Origin: Botryllus schlosseri
Taxonomy: Eukaryota
Direction of reading: 5' to 3'
NCBI GenBank assembly: GCA_051294905.1
Contig: CM119371.1
Coordinates: forward strand, 27,964,001-28,028,000
Length of the DNA stretch: 64,000 nt
The stretch's first letter is position 1, and every line of letters starts with the position of its first letter. A program made the translations under genes and the position numbers. This document shows positions 13,051 through 25,459 of this stretch, piece by piece. The notes beneath the pieces were generated by a model that worked only from the letters and a program-made list of their open reading frames with translations, did not search any database and was not told where the DNA came from.

Positions 13051-14262
13051 TATTCTCTTGCGAATGATAAAAATTACGGAGTAAAACTTTTTTCTATTTT
13101 TTGGGGCGCAAGGCCCGATATACTGCACCCGAATATCTTGATTTCTGGGTTCACTTCACACGGGGGACTTCACACGCCAGACGTTTGATTGATCATCCCG
13201 AGGAACAGAGTAACGCTTCTATCTTCGTCCGGTGTACGTAAATAGACCTATACTGCTCGAGGCTCGTTAAGCAGCAAAAGTCAAACTGCTGTTGACTAAG
13301 CGTAACCAAACATCAATGGATACGTTACTATTTGAGACCAGGCAAAGTTGTGATTATTATCCTGATGCGAGTTGGTGACTTCTGAGTGCATTGATGACAT
13401 GATATGAGGCATGGCGGATGTTCACACAACCACATTACGTATCTATTTACTGCGTGTGGATAATCCGTTACGCATTGACGAGCAAAGCCAACACTTAGGA
13501 TGTAATAAAGGGCGGCAGTTTCTGAAAATCAGACGTTTCTGCCATCAATAACCTGGAATATTATCGCACTTTTCACTGTTAAAGAATGTTCACTGTTCAG
13601 TGAGTTCATGTCGGAATCCTAGTACGAATAAAAAGCAATAGTTTTTTTCACAAAGAAATCGATCAGATATGTGAAATAGTGGAATACGATTACGATTAGC
13701 CTACTTTGGATATTTTTCGAATGTAATCGATTGCGATTGCGATTACTTGAAAATGCTGTAACCGTCGGATTCGATTACGATTACTAATCACGATTACCCC
13801 ATGTCCGATCTATAGTGAAACGTTGTGGCGCTCATGTTGTGGCAAACCGGCGATACCATGCGACACCACAACTCGATTGAATTTCTATTGCTAGTGATGA
13901 AGCACTGAATTACTAGCGAGTTGAAATATTTCACATTTTGCAATCGGCAGCGAATTTCGGCTTCGTTGGTAATTCGTCGATTGTGTTTCTACTTCCATAT
14001 GTTGCAGTATATCGTCCATATACAACTAGTTGAGCATAACGTTTATTCGCAGAGGCTGGTTATTCAACAACTAAGTAAATTCCGCGCTAGCACAAGTCGT
14101 GTAGGTGCCGGGAGTTGACAATTATGTTCATTAAACAGCACCGCGGATAATCCAATACTACATTCGATTAGAATGTTGACATGGTTTGAAATGATTAACA
14201 GATTGTGATAAACTATGTTGAATCTTTCGATTTATGTCTTCGCTGCATGGGGACATGGACAC

Positions 14263-16707
14263 TAGGGTTGTTCAGAATTGATCGACTTTCAAAATGTCGT
14301 GGTTTTCAGTCCGATTCCCATGCCTTATAACATAAAAACATATTCTAGGTACTTTTTTTCGTAATTCATCCCTTGCATCCGTGTGCACATTGAGCTGGAA
14401 GAATATCGGCTAAAAATAGGGGATTCCCCTAAAATTTGAGTGTCGCTATTCGGACTAGGCTAGTAAAACGTCATATATAAGCTGGTTTTATGTAGCTATT
14501 GCGGTTGGAGTGCTACATAACCTCACTATAGAAAGTATTGTCAGTTCAGGACACCATTTTCATGTCCCACACTGCCTTAGAACTTCTCAAAACTGCCTAA
14601 GACTGATAGTCATTTTGTTGGATCACCTATCCTACACTCCTCAACCCTATCCGAGATTGTTCATCAATTGCCGGGATCACCACGTGCAAGAATACAACTG
14701 TGAATGTATCATTCACTCACAGCCACATTATAAACATCACATTGTTCAAAGGAAACGAAACAAAAAGGCAAAGAAACAGATCAACTTGGCACATTGCATT
14801 GCACTGGGATGCAAAGCTCACTAGAAGTCGTTTCGGAGGGAAATTTGAGGCCTTGGCAGTGCTGGCATAGTCTGCATATTCCAACGCATTTGAGAAAGGG
14901 CAATCGAACTCTGGAGAGTGCTACAGGAAAAGCACAGGCTGATCTGTCATTTGAACTGATGGAACTTTATAATTTAACAAATAATGTCAGAGCTCTTGTG
15001 TTTGACACAACACCCTCAAACAATGGAAAAAATAAAGGCGCGGTTCTGTTACTTGAAGAATTGATAAACAGGAAAGTTTTCTGCTTTCTACTTCTGCTTG
15101 TCGCCATCATATTTATGAACTAGTCATCCGGGGAGGTCTGGAAGTGAAGTGTGTTTGGATCTGCGACCACAGGCCCTGAAAACAGATTTTAATACCGTCC
15201 AAGAAGTGGAAAGATATTGATCAATTAAGAAGCTCTAAAACACTTCAGTTTGATGAATGCAGCTGGTTGGCGATCAAAGCTTATGAAGCTGAGCAAGAAA
15301 TAATTCCACTGATGAAGCCATATAATGGAAAGCAGAAAGAAGTCTTGATAATAAATGACTACAGAGAATGTGCAACAGGCACCTTGGCGATTGTAGCTGC
15401 CCAATATATTGATAATCGTTTTCGCAAGCCTGGTGCTACTAATAGCACTGGATGGATGAGTCAAGTGCTGTACTGTCAAAAATGTTCATGTGGAGAGAGC
15501 AAATGGGCTATTCTGAAGAGTTCATTAGAAAGTTGCCCTGTTTTATGTCCCAGCTTGTTTGAAAACTGGTAATGCATGTGACGCACAGTATATTGATCTC
15601 AAATTCCTTCATGGCATGACAGACTTTTCATTGTGCGATTTCACAGTTGCTGATGTGGCATATAAAAAGATGCGAGAACATCATTGGCATCTCACCGAGG
15701 AAACGGTGGTATCAACAATGTTCTCGGCTAAACCAAAGATTCCTGACAAAGTGAAGGAAGCGATGGCTGCTAAATTGCTGCAAATGCCAATCCTTGAACA
15801 ATTTCGCAGAGGTAGGCTATACCTCTGAGTCTAATCTCTGACTCTGTCTCTGAGTCAATGAGTATGGTTGCTATAATTGAACCGGAATCATGGTTTCTAT
15901 TCAATGCTATACATGTCGAACATGATTGGTTTAGTCTTCCAGTTTCGGAATGGCATACTGATTCGCATTTCGTGACTGCTCAAGAATTTGTGAGTAGCGT
16001 TGAAATAGTTAACGGCGCAGCAGAGCGTTTGGTGAAATTGAATACCGACTTTGATGCTTTCGAAACAGATGACAAAGAACAGCGAGCGAGCCTCTTACAA
16101 GCCGTGGAAGATAACGGGAACAGATATGCCGATTTCTCTAAAGCAACCATTTCATCCGGACCTGATTTAAGTAGTATTTGCCAAGTTGATCTGTTTCTTT
16201 GCCTTTTTGTTTCGTTTCCTTTGAACAATGTGATGTTTATAATGTGGCTGTGAGTGAATGATACATTTACAGTTGTATTCTTGCACGTGGTAATCCCGGC
16301 AATTGATGAACAATCTCGGGTAGGGTTGAGGAGTGTAGGATAGGTGATCCAACAAAATGACTATCAGTCTTAGGCAGTTTTGAGGAGTTCTAAGGCAGTG
16401 TGGGACATGAAAATGGTGTCCTGAACTGACAATACTTTCTATAGTGAGGTTATGTAGCACTCCAACCGCAATAGCTACATAAAACCAGCTTATATATGAC
16501 GTTTTACTAGCCTAGTCCGAATAGCGACACTCAAATTTTAGGGGAATCCCCTATTTTTAGCCGATATTCTTCCAGCTCAATGTGCACACGGATGCAAGGG
16601 ATGAATTACGAAAAAAAGTACCTAGAATATGTTTTTATGGTATAAGGCATGGGAATCGGACTGAAAACCACGACATTTTGAAAGTCGATCAATTCTGAAC
16701 AACCCTA
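14263..16707 (+). mobile_element. Defective hATm-like DNA transposon with 529-bp inverted arms
   Basis: Termini TAGGGTTG...CAACCCTA; perfect TSD atggacac (14255-14262, 16708-16715); arms 14263-14791 and 16179-16707; empty paralogous site near 22446. Confidence 0.92.
14880..16160 (+). pseudogene. Frameshifted hATm-like transposase, C-terminal part
   Basis: Motifs spread over several frames: VFDTTPSNNG, (A)CRHHIYELV, DYRE, FRKPGA..GWM, HHWHLTEE, VNGAAERLV. Confidence 0.8.
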
Positions 16708-17336
16708 ATGGACACGCGAGTATAAACAAAGCGTTGCGTTGCAGACATACCCTGGGGCAAGCGCGTTACCTATGTCGGTGGTATTGGGATTAGTCTATTA
16801 CTCTATTTCATCAACGTGCTCTTTCAAGCATGAAAAGCGAGGAGTTTATGTTAGTCCATTCCATTATAGCAGTTTGGTCGATAAAAGGATAGTTTACTCA
16901 AGGCGACTTTGACATCCGTGTTATTTCTTATCAGAACACTAATAGCATCGACTTCGATTGGATAGCAATAGAAATAGTCCCGCAAGACCTACATTCGTTG
17001 TTATAGTCCTGTTTGAGTGTCATGATCTAAGGACGGTGATTGATGAGTTCATGATTACTATTACTGAGCACATAGTTGCCAACTTCCCACACATGCGCTG
17101 AGTATATTTGGTCGGAATTTCGGTGTCGCGACCATAAAATTTTTGAGAACTCCGGTTATGACGAATACTGAGCTTCTGTGATTGGAAAAAGCATATATTT
17201 TCATGGTTTATTCGTTTGAAAATTTTAGCACGCAGCAATAGAATAACTTGCTCACGATATTTATTGAGAGGCTCATTTATCGAACTGTATACTTCTCACA
17301 GCTAGAAAGCCGCAAAGTTTACACGCGAAGTTAGAA

Positions 17337-18635
17337 ATGGCCCATTTCCAGCGCCGTGAAAACTGCAGAGATATTATTTGCGAGGTATGTGGGATGGGAT
17401 TTAGCATGCAATATTATCTGACAAGACACATGAAAATTCACGCCACGTCGAAGGAGTTTGAGTGTGACATATGCGGAAAAAGCTTTTTGCAAAGGCCTTA
17501 CCTAATAGCTCATCTCTCGTCCCACACGGCAAAGAAGGATCATAAGTGCGATATATGCGGGAGATCATTCAATTTGAAATCAAACTTGAGAACACACGTG
17601 AAAATTCACTCCCGGGTAAAAGAGTTCGAGTGCGAAATATGCAGGAAAGGTTTCGTAAGGATGGCTCATTTAAAAACACATTACTTGAGTCATACTGGGG
17701 CGAAAGATTGCAAGTGTCAGGTATGCGACAAAGATTTCGCCCAGAAATCACATCTGAAACGTCATTCTTCGATTCATACTGAGTCGAGGGATTACGAGTG
17801 TCATATATGCGGAAAATCTTTTCGAGAAAATATCAGCCTGAAAAATCACTATTCGATTCATACTGCAGCGAAAGACTGTGAGTGTCAAATATGCGGAATA
17901 GGTTTTAAAACAAGTTCTCACCTGAAAAGTCATTATTTGATTCACGCCGACGATAAGGGACATCAGTGTAAAATTTGTGGGAAAACATTTCGTAGGAAGT
18001 CGTATGTTAAGACACACATCAAAATGATACACTCGAATACCGGAGAATATAAGTGCGAAATATGCGATAGAGCTTTTGTGCGAGAGTCTCACCTAAAGTG
18101 TCACTATTCCGTCCATGTGGAAATGAAATACCAGTGCGAGGTATGTGGAATACCATTCAATAGCAAATCCAGTATGGGAAGGCACATGAAAATCCACTTC
18201 GTATTGAAAGAGTTTGAGTGCGATGTATGCGCGAAATCATTCGTCATCGAATCCCACTTGAGAGCACACATGAAACGTCACGCCGGATTGAAAGAGTTTG
18301 AATGTAAGATTTGTGGTAAAGCATTCCGTTCGAGTTCGTACATTAAGATACACATGGAGTCGAGTCACTTACGGACAAAAAGATATGAGTGCGATATATG
18401 CGGGAAAACCTTTCGACAAATGACCAACCTAATAGGTCACTGTTCCGTCCACACGGAAAGAAAGTACCAGTGTGAATTATGTGGGAAAATATTCAATAAC
18501 ATATCCAACTCGAGAAGACACAGCAAGATTCACTTGGGAGTAAAAGAGCACGAGTGCGACATATGCGGGAGGACATTCAGTGAGAAGAGTTCTCTCGTTC
18601 GTCACTTACGAATACACCGAAGCGACGGCAAGTAA
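17337..18635 (+). CDS. C2H2 zinc-finger protein, 15 fingers, 432 aa (ZF copy 2)
   Basis: Uninterrupted ORF of tandem CxxC-x12-Hx3/4H repeats; ATG context agaaATG homologous to the other copies. Confidence 0.93.
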   Translation: MAHFQRRENCRDIICEVCGMGFSMQYYLTRHMKIHATSKEFECDICGKSFLQRPYLIAHLSSHTAKKDHKCDICGRSFNLKSNLRTHVKIHSRVKEFECEICRKGFVRMAHLKTHYLSHTGAKDCKCQVCDKDFAQKSHLKRHSSIHTESRDYECHICGKSFRENISLKNHYSIHTAAKDCECQICGIGFKTSSHLKSHYLIHADDKGHQCKICGKTFRRKSYVKTHIKMIHSNTGEYKCEICDRAFVRESHLKCHYSVHVEMKYQCEVCGIPFNSKSSMGRHMKIHFVLKEFECDVCAKSFVIESHLRAHMKRHAGLKEFECKICGKAFRSSSYIKIHMESSHLRTKRYECDICGKTFRQMTNLIGHCSVHTERKYQCELCGKIFNNISNSRRHSKIHLGVKEHECDICGRTFSEKSSLVRHLRIHRSDGK

Positions 18636-20124
18636 TATTGCGACATGCGACAATCCGTGCAAAAATTTCAGAAACTGATGGACGAAGTAGAAATAATCAT
18701 CGCTACTAAAACATTCGTCTAATACACCCGTGGGGACGCTTTGATAAATATGAACGATATCATATGGTATCTTGCTAACAATGAATTAGTGTGCTGCGGT
18801 ATTGGCATCGGTCGCATCATCGATTAGCACGGCACCAACAAACCTGAATATAACGCAGCGAAATGCGATGCAAGAGTGAATAGATGTTTCGTGCAACCAC
18901 TTGAAACTAGTCTAGCTAGAAGACCTGAGCAACAGAATTGGCCTCATTTACACTACTGAAATCGAATTCTAGGTGGAATGTAATATCTTTGCTTGCGACG
19001 AACGATCCATTTTCATTTCAAAAGTACATTGGGTATTACATAATATCTTGAAGAACAAGGTAATCTTGCGTATAGCTCTTGCTAATGGTCCTGGGGTTTT
19101 CTCTTTTAGGGATTATCGACGTGTTCTTCATCACATGGCGTTTCATACTGTAGCGTACTGTTCGCATGTATCGGCTTATTCCTTGCACTTTTTGTTGGGT
19201 TACCTCTTGCAGTTAGTGAACAATTTTTATCGATCTACTGTTATGATTCGTGCTGCAAGCTTCGCAGCGGTTTTTTTATCCGTTTTAATAAACGTGTTAC
19301 TTGAATGTCTTAGCTTCATCAATACAGAGTCCGCGGGCGCAAGACAACGAGCTATTGAACATATCGCCATAAGACTTATAGTTGATTTTCGTCCTTGTTA
19401 TCCAAGCTATACCTCAGAACAAATCCTCCAGCGGCATACGGCTCATGCCTCGTTTCCTGCGGCTCTGCGTTCAAATTGTGATTTTGTTCAACGCGAAAGC
19501 CTTTTAACTCTAAGCAGAGATTACACTATTTCGCTCACTATCAATATCATAGAGACCAGAGGTTCTCAAACTTTCTTAGACACGCCGCGCTTTTTGATAG
19601 TGAAAACCTCGCGCCTCCGTTATCGTGATATCACCAAATATTAAAGAGAGAAATCAGAATGCTAGCAATCCCAACGTTTGGTGGCATTGAAGGACGCTGA
19701 TAACTATCGGAATTGCTAACCTTTCAGTCGCAACCGCAATGTCAGCCTCAGCGTGCATATAGGGCAGTATATTTATTCATATCAACTGCCACATTTTGTC
19801 CAGTATGTGAATGACGAACATGTTTGTGTGCAACCTGCTATATGGTTGGAAATTAATCTGACAATTGCGGTCTGGTGAGAAACTGAGAGCTGTGTTCTAG
19901 AGATTGGGCGATTGCGATTACTGCTCAGGGTTGTAATGACCCGAGTCATGACTTGACTCGAACAGAGGCTGGTTGTTCAACTGCTAATTTCAAGCAGTCC
20001 CAGTGCTAGTCGTATTGGTAACGAGAGTTGATAATTATAATCATAAAACAGGCCCACGGATAATCTAATAATACATTAGAATTATAATGTTCACATGACT
20101 CGAAAAAATTAATTGATTATGATA

Positions 20125-22388
20125 CAGTGATTTTCAACCTTTTTTAGCTCCATTCGCACTTTTTGAAAAATAATTTCATTCGCACCAGTCAGCCAAAATT
20201 TAGTACACGAAAAGAAAATGAAGAAACTCATTACTTTTGTATTCGAAGAGCTTCTTGGAGGTACAGAGTTTCATTATTTTGCATTCAGCGTATCGTATTA
20301 TTGATTAATCAAGCACTAAAATCACTGCAGTAGAAAAATCACAGATATCGCACTCCCGTTGTTCTCAAGAAGTTCGTTGCATTTTCTTGGGGTATTGTGC
20401 AGTGATTCCTTGGAAGCTTAAAGGGCGAACCCAAGAACAATATTCACTTGCAACAATATCATTTTGCCACTAAATCCACATGTTGCGTCATCGCGATGTG
20501 GATGTGAATGTGTTTGCATTCAGAACGCACAAAATAATGAAACTGCACTTGAATCGTAGCATCAATATTGCGACTAGCACCTTTGGTTCATTTTTCTGAG
20601 AACATTCGAAAAGACGCTTCTCGTGCTGAGGTATGTTATATGGGGTTACCACGTCCTCCCTTAGGAGGATTTGTCCTTCTTTTACGGGTATTTGAAAATG
20701 TCCTCCGAGGACGCGTAAATGTCCTCTTTTTTGAGATTTTGCCCTCTTTTTTAGGAATTTTGGTCAAAGTTATAGCAAAATTCGACTGAGATATCGTAAA
20801 TCTGCACCGAAGTGACGCTCCAGGGCGTATTTCGGGAGCTGAGCGAAAGTAGACCTTTTTTTTATTTTAGTCAACCGACTACGAAGTGGTAAAAATTTAC
20901 CACTTTTTCAGGATTTTCCACCGGTATTCTGTGTTTAAAAATTTTGAAATAGTGTCCTCCTTTCCCGATTCCAAAATAACCCTAATGTTAGACGATTGGA
21001 TGGTACGGTGGGCGTTAAAATCAGGAATGCATTGCTATACAAACCCACATAATCCGAGTAATTGATGAATGTTTTTTATGGATAAGCTTAGGCTTCATTC
21101 ACTTCTTATCTATGCAGTACACAAATCAGCGTATCTTTCAATAACAACGTTCGGCATCCTTGTGTTGTCAAAGCCAACACTTCCACCTTCTTGAATAACT
21201 ATTACTCACATAAGATTCATGACTAAGACACAGTTATATCGACCCGGGTAGCCAACTGCGGGATGGCTCTTAGGTCAATCGTACATTATTGGAAAACCGA
21301 CTGAAATAATGCCAAATTATCTTTACTATCCCACACATCCTTATACATAACGAGTAATAAGGTTCAACAGTTTAAATAAGCCTAAATTAGGCTGCATAAT
21401 GAATATCGTAAGTCATACGGCTTGGTGGATTTGATTTTGCTCTGCAGAGGGTTCTCACTGCTCATCTGCTCAAGCTAACCCGGTAGAGTTCGGAGTATTT
21501 CAAAGTTTGTAGTACAAAGGCGGTACGAATACGAACTAGGCAAACTTTTCCTATAGATCAGCAAACTTAGTGGAATCACCAATATGTTGTATATAAGCCT
21601 ATGCCTTTACGATCTAGACTCGGCCTGAGATCATCAGTCCAAGAACAGGGAAGCGTGTCTAAGCCTAAATTGTGGAGTTCGCATTACAAACAGGCCATTG
21701 CTTTGGTCAGTAGATAAATTGCCCAGCGACTTAATAATTCGATGTGATGCAAGATAAATATTCATTGGACGTAAGACACAAATGTTCTGTGCTTGCACTA
21801 ATTTTATTTATAACAGCCTCTAATCCTTGGTTAGGTACACAAGTAAACAACACTTGTTATAAATCTAATGTGCTAATTGTTAAAGTTGAAGAAACGCTAA
21901 ATTCTGCAGTTAACCAACATGAATGTGTGCCACAATTCCAATATTTTGCATTCAAATATGCCAAATGTCAACACTGGCATCAGCTAGTATTACTTACATC
22001 CCTACAAGGTCCGTATACAATATCCATACACGGTGGATGTTTCCGAGCAAGTGAGCAACTGATACCGATCCAACTCCTTATTTTTCGATGCAGTGACGTA
22101 ATCCTATTATCTCAAACTTTGCATTATACAGTTATACACGCATCGGGAACGTTCCTCACTTGTGAACTAGAAAAGCCTATCTACCAACAAGTTTTTAGAA
22201 TTGCTTCCAAACGACAAAATTTACGCGCTCACTGTACTTAATATCGTGTTTATTTGAATTATTCCACGTCGGAGAAGTGAGAAACATGGACAATTTTCAT
22301 TCGCACCATTCGCATCACGATCCTCATTCGCACTGATTTTTGTTTCATTCGCACTAGTGCGAACCGTCACACAGGTTGAAAAGCACTG
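20125..22388. mobile_element. Old hAT (Buster-type) element
   Basis: TIR cagtgattttcaacct...aggttgaaaagcactg; partial TSD (tgata); absent from the paralogous site at ~14200-14215. Confidence 0.75.
20641..20984. mobile_element. Nested hAT (Blackjack-like) MITE
   Basis: Ends tggggttacc...taacccta; gtcct subterminal motifs; TSD atgttata/atgttaga. Confidence 0.7.
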
Positions 22389-23906
22389 TGATAGACTATG
22401 ATGAATCTTTCGAGTTAGATCCTCGCTGTGTGGAGACACCGAGACATGGACATGGACAATTGACTGTAAACCATATGAGTAACATAGCCGACACGCTCTG
22501 GGGTAAGCGCGCTATCTAGGTCAGTGATATTGGAATTAGTCTATTTCAACAACGTGCTCGTTCAAGCACGAAAAGCGGAGAGGTGACGGTAATCGCTTCC
22601 AGTGGTAGTGAGTGTGATAGATACAAGCATTGCACTGTGGCATCCGTGTTATTGCTATCGGAACACTTATATAGCAGCGTCGTGAAAGAGTATGGAAGCT
22701 ATTGTATATTTAGAATGTTATGCCTTGCTCCCGTTGTTTCGATTTTTGTCGTGGTAGTAGATGAGAATCGGTCGAGTATGGTTGGAAAGTTGAAATCAAG
22801 AGTTGAGATATAGTCCTATGCTGTCATTTATATATTTCATTATCTTATCCGGCAAGCATATTCAATATGTATTTTGAAATTTAACGCTAGCGCTTTCTGT
22901 TTAGCATCGTATTTTACTGCGCTAGTAATTCTATGGAACAAGGTGTTTCATTGCGTATATCTGATTATTATCAGCTTAGGTTCAATAATCCGTGATACGT
23001 ACATCTTACTATGTCTGATTTGTACAGAAAACTAATCGTCGGGTAGCTGACCGATGTCGCAGTGATTTACGTTCTCGATGAGTGTGTAAGGTACAACATT
23101 ACAGCACGTCACCACGGCTCTCGCCTCTCTCAGTAAAAGTCAACTCATATCCCCTTGGTGGTCTTGCATCGGATTGTGAACCATTGTTAGATCGTTTACT
23201 ATAGACACAACACCGTTCTAAATTCCCATGGAGCGAATACCGAATTCATACGCATGTTATTTGTTGTTCCGAATACGCAATACGTGTTATAAAATTATCC
23301 TAAAGCATATTGTTGTGTGATATGCTTGTCACATACGGAAGGGATGAAATGAGCCAACCATCGTCGAATTTGCCCTGAAGGTACGTAGAACTAAATAAGC
23401 CATGGGTGGGAATCCGATTACTGATGGTGTCACTTTGGAACCATAAATGGTTTTGTTGTATAGACTGCATATGTTCGCTCGCGAATGGTACAGCGCCAAC
23501 AGCTCAGCATAGAAGTGCGACTTCTGTGGCGCTTGGAGCATCGGTTACGAAGTTTTGTTGCTAAAATTCCGGACACCCTTTAGCATCTACTAGCTGGTTT
23601 TACAATGAGCTATGAACGTTACGCTAGTAAAGCTTTCACTATCGACAATATATAGGAATGGATTGGAACATAGGTCCCGATTTGGCAATCTCTAATGTCA
23701 GCTCAGGTGATTACTAAGGTCTGCAACAAATTTTTTTAAGTGATTGATGAAATCATCTGGAGAGCCGTATTCGGCTCGCTGGTCGTGTATTTGACAGCTC
23801 TGATATTCTGTTAGATCTGTGCGGTTATCTGGTTGTGTGTTGTAACCGGGTTCGAAACAACATTTTCACAACCCTATTCCGTACCCCCAAAATACTTATC
23901 TTAGGC

Positions 23907-24426
23907 CAGGGGTCACCAACTAGCGGCCCGCGGGCCGCATGCGTGAGATGTTCTTATGCCCTAATCCAGGGGCGGGCAACTTCTCCAGTCGGCGGGCCGG
24001 ATATAGGAAAATCAAGTACTTAGCGGGCCGGATTGCTGAATCGATACATTATTCGCCCGTTTATCCACATATACAAGGAATAAATCGTATTTAACGATGG
24101 TATTTTAACGACAGCAATGTCACTTCAAAGCCATTTCTCGCCAATAACGACGAGGATATAATGTGGATTTGGGAACTGCATTGTCATACAGACGCCGCCA
24201 TGTCTGCTTCTCTTTGATCACAGTGTCCTATATGGTGTGAACACAATCAAATCTGACGGCTCAGTGACATTGGTCTACGTCACACTTTCCATTTGGTCAA
24301 AGGCAATTTGACGGTAGTTTTTGACCGACTTGCCGAGCATTAAATTTGATAAAACGGCTATCTATCGAAAGCTACCGCGACGCTGGCTTTCAAAAAATAT
24401 AAATTCTATTCTGCTCGAGGTTCTGG

Positions 24427-24457
<31 letters not shown>

Positions 24458-25130
24458 AATCAGCCTGCAATGTTGCATTGTAACGGAGTTTGGTATTGTG
24501 ACGCAGCCATGCCATCTGAGCAGCTCAGGAGCAAGCGTGCACGAGAGTAAGAATGTGAATGCTCAATCGGTTGCGCAACAATGGCCAATACACTTGCGGT
24601 TTACTCTGCTCCTCACCTGCTCCCAGACGGCATGGCTGCGTCACAATACCAAACTCCGTTACAATGCAAGATTCGAAGCTGATTTTGGGGGTTCCATGAC
24701 CACGAGCAGAATACAATTTATATTTTCGCAATCAGTACCGCGGTAGCTTTCGATTGATACCAGTTTTATCAATTTTAATGCTTGACAAGCCGGTCAAAAA
24801 TGACGGTAAAATTGCCTTTGACCAAAGGGAAAGTGTGACGTAGAGCAATTTTACTGAGCCGTGAGATTTGCTTGTGTACACACCATATAGGACACTATGC
24901 TGTGATCAATCAACTTACGGTGCAATCTCTAATTAATATTTCAAGGCGTTCGATAAGCCCGGCACCCCAAATTTACCAAGATATCAATTCATTAGGGCTG
25001 GGTAGGTGATGAGATAGCGTCGTAGTTTATATGTGTGGCCTTATTTATCTCGATATTAAATTCATGCGGACCGCGGCATCTACGAAATTTGAAAAGTGGC
25101 CCGCGACCCGTTTTGAGTTGGCGACCCGTG
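23907..25130. mobile_element. Composite hAT MITE with two tandem left ends
   Basis: caggggtcaccaact (23907) and caggggcgggcaac (23967); right end agttggcgacccgtg; body shared with 928-1397; TSD only weakly preserved. Confidence 0.7.
24219..24899. mobile_element. Foldback (palindromic) MITE with 7-bp TSD, possibly P-element superfamily
   Basis: ~300-bp inverted arms starting cacagtgtcctatatggtg / catagtgtcctatatggtg; TSD ctttgat/ctgtgat; empty site at ~1160-1180. Confidence 0.8.
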
Positions 25131-25459
25131 GCATAAGCGTTGTATTACAAAAGCCTACAAGTGTAACTGCAGCAACGCCACATTAGCGCATGTCGCGAAC
25201 AGACTTTCGCTTTTTACCCAATACCGAATGGATTGAAATTCGACATTGATGCGCCTGTTCTCAGTCCGTCCGTTGTCGATCAAGTTTACTGGAATATATA
25301 AAGGTCTCCTTCAAAAGAACCGAATAAATGCAGAACTATAGTGCCACTGTAAATATGGTGTGCAGCGCACCGTGTCCGTAGCGAAATAAACTACACACGC
25401 TCATTGTGTGACAATTTGCATACGACTGTTTCGCGCAAACAAGAATTAAATCACTAAAC

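Noticed and set aside
14510..16460. Near-identical ORF pair 14510-14824 (+) and 16167-16460 (-)
   Set aside because: By-product of the inverted arms of the transposon
17337..17380. N-terminal QRR motif as a NuRD-binding peptide
   Set aside because: Does not match MSRRKQxxP and is not kept in copies 3 and 5
18973..19644. 223-aa ORF downstream of ZF copy 2
   Set aside because: No recognisable domain, the paralogous region near 12290-12640 has stops, and it runs into a MITE end
24219..24246. CACAGTG heptamer (RSS, Transib or ProtoRAG-like end)
   Set aside because: No convincing nonamer, the other end reads CATAGTG, the TSD appears to be 7 bp rather than 5, and there is no RAG-like ORF
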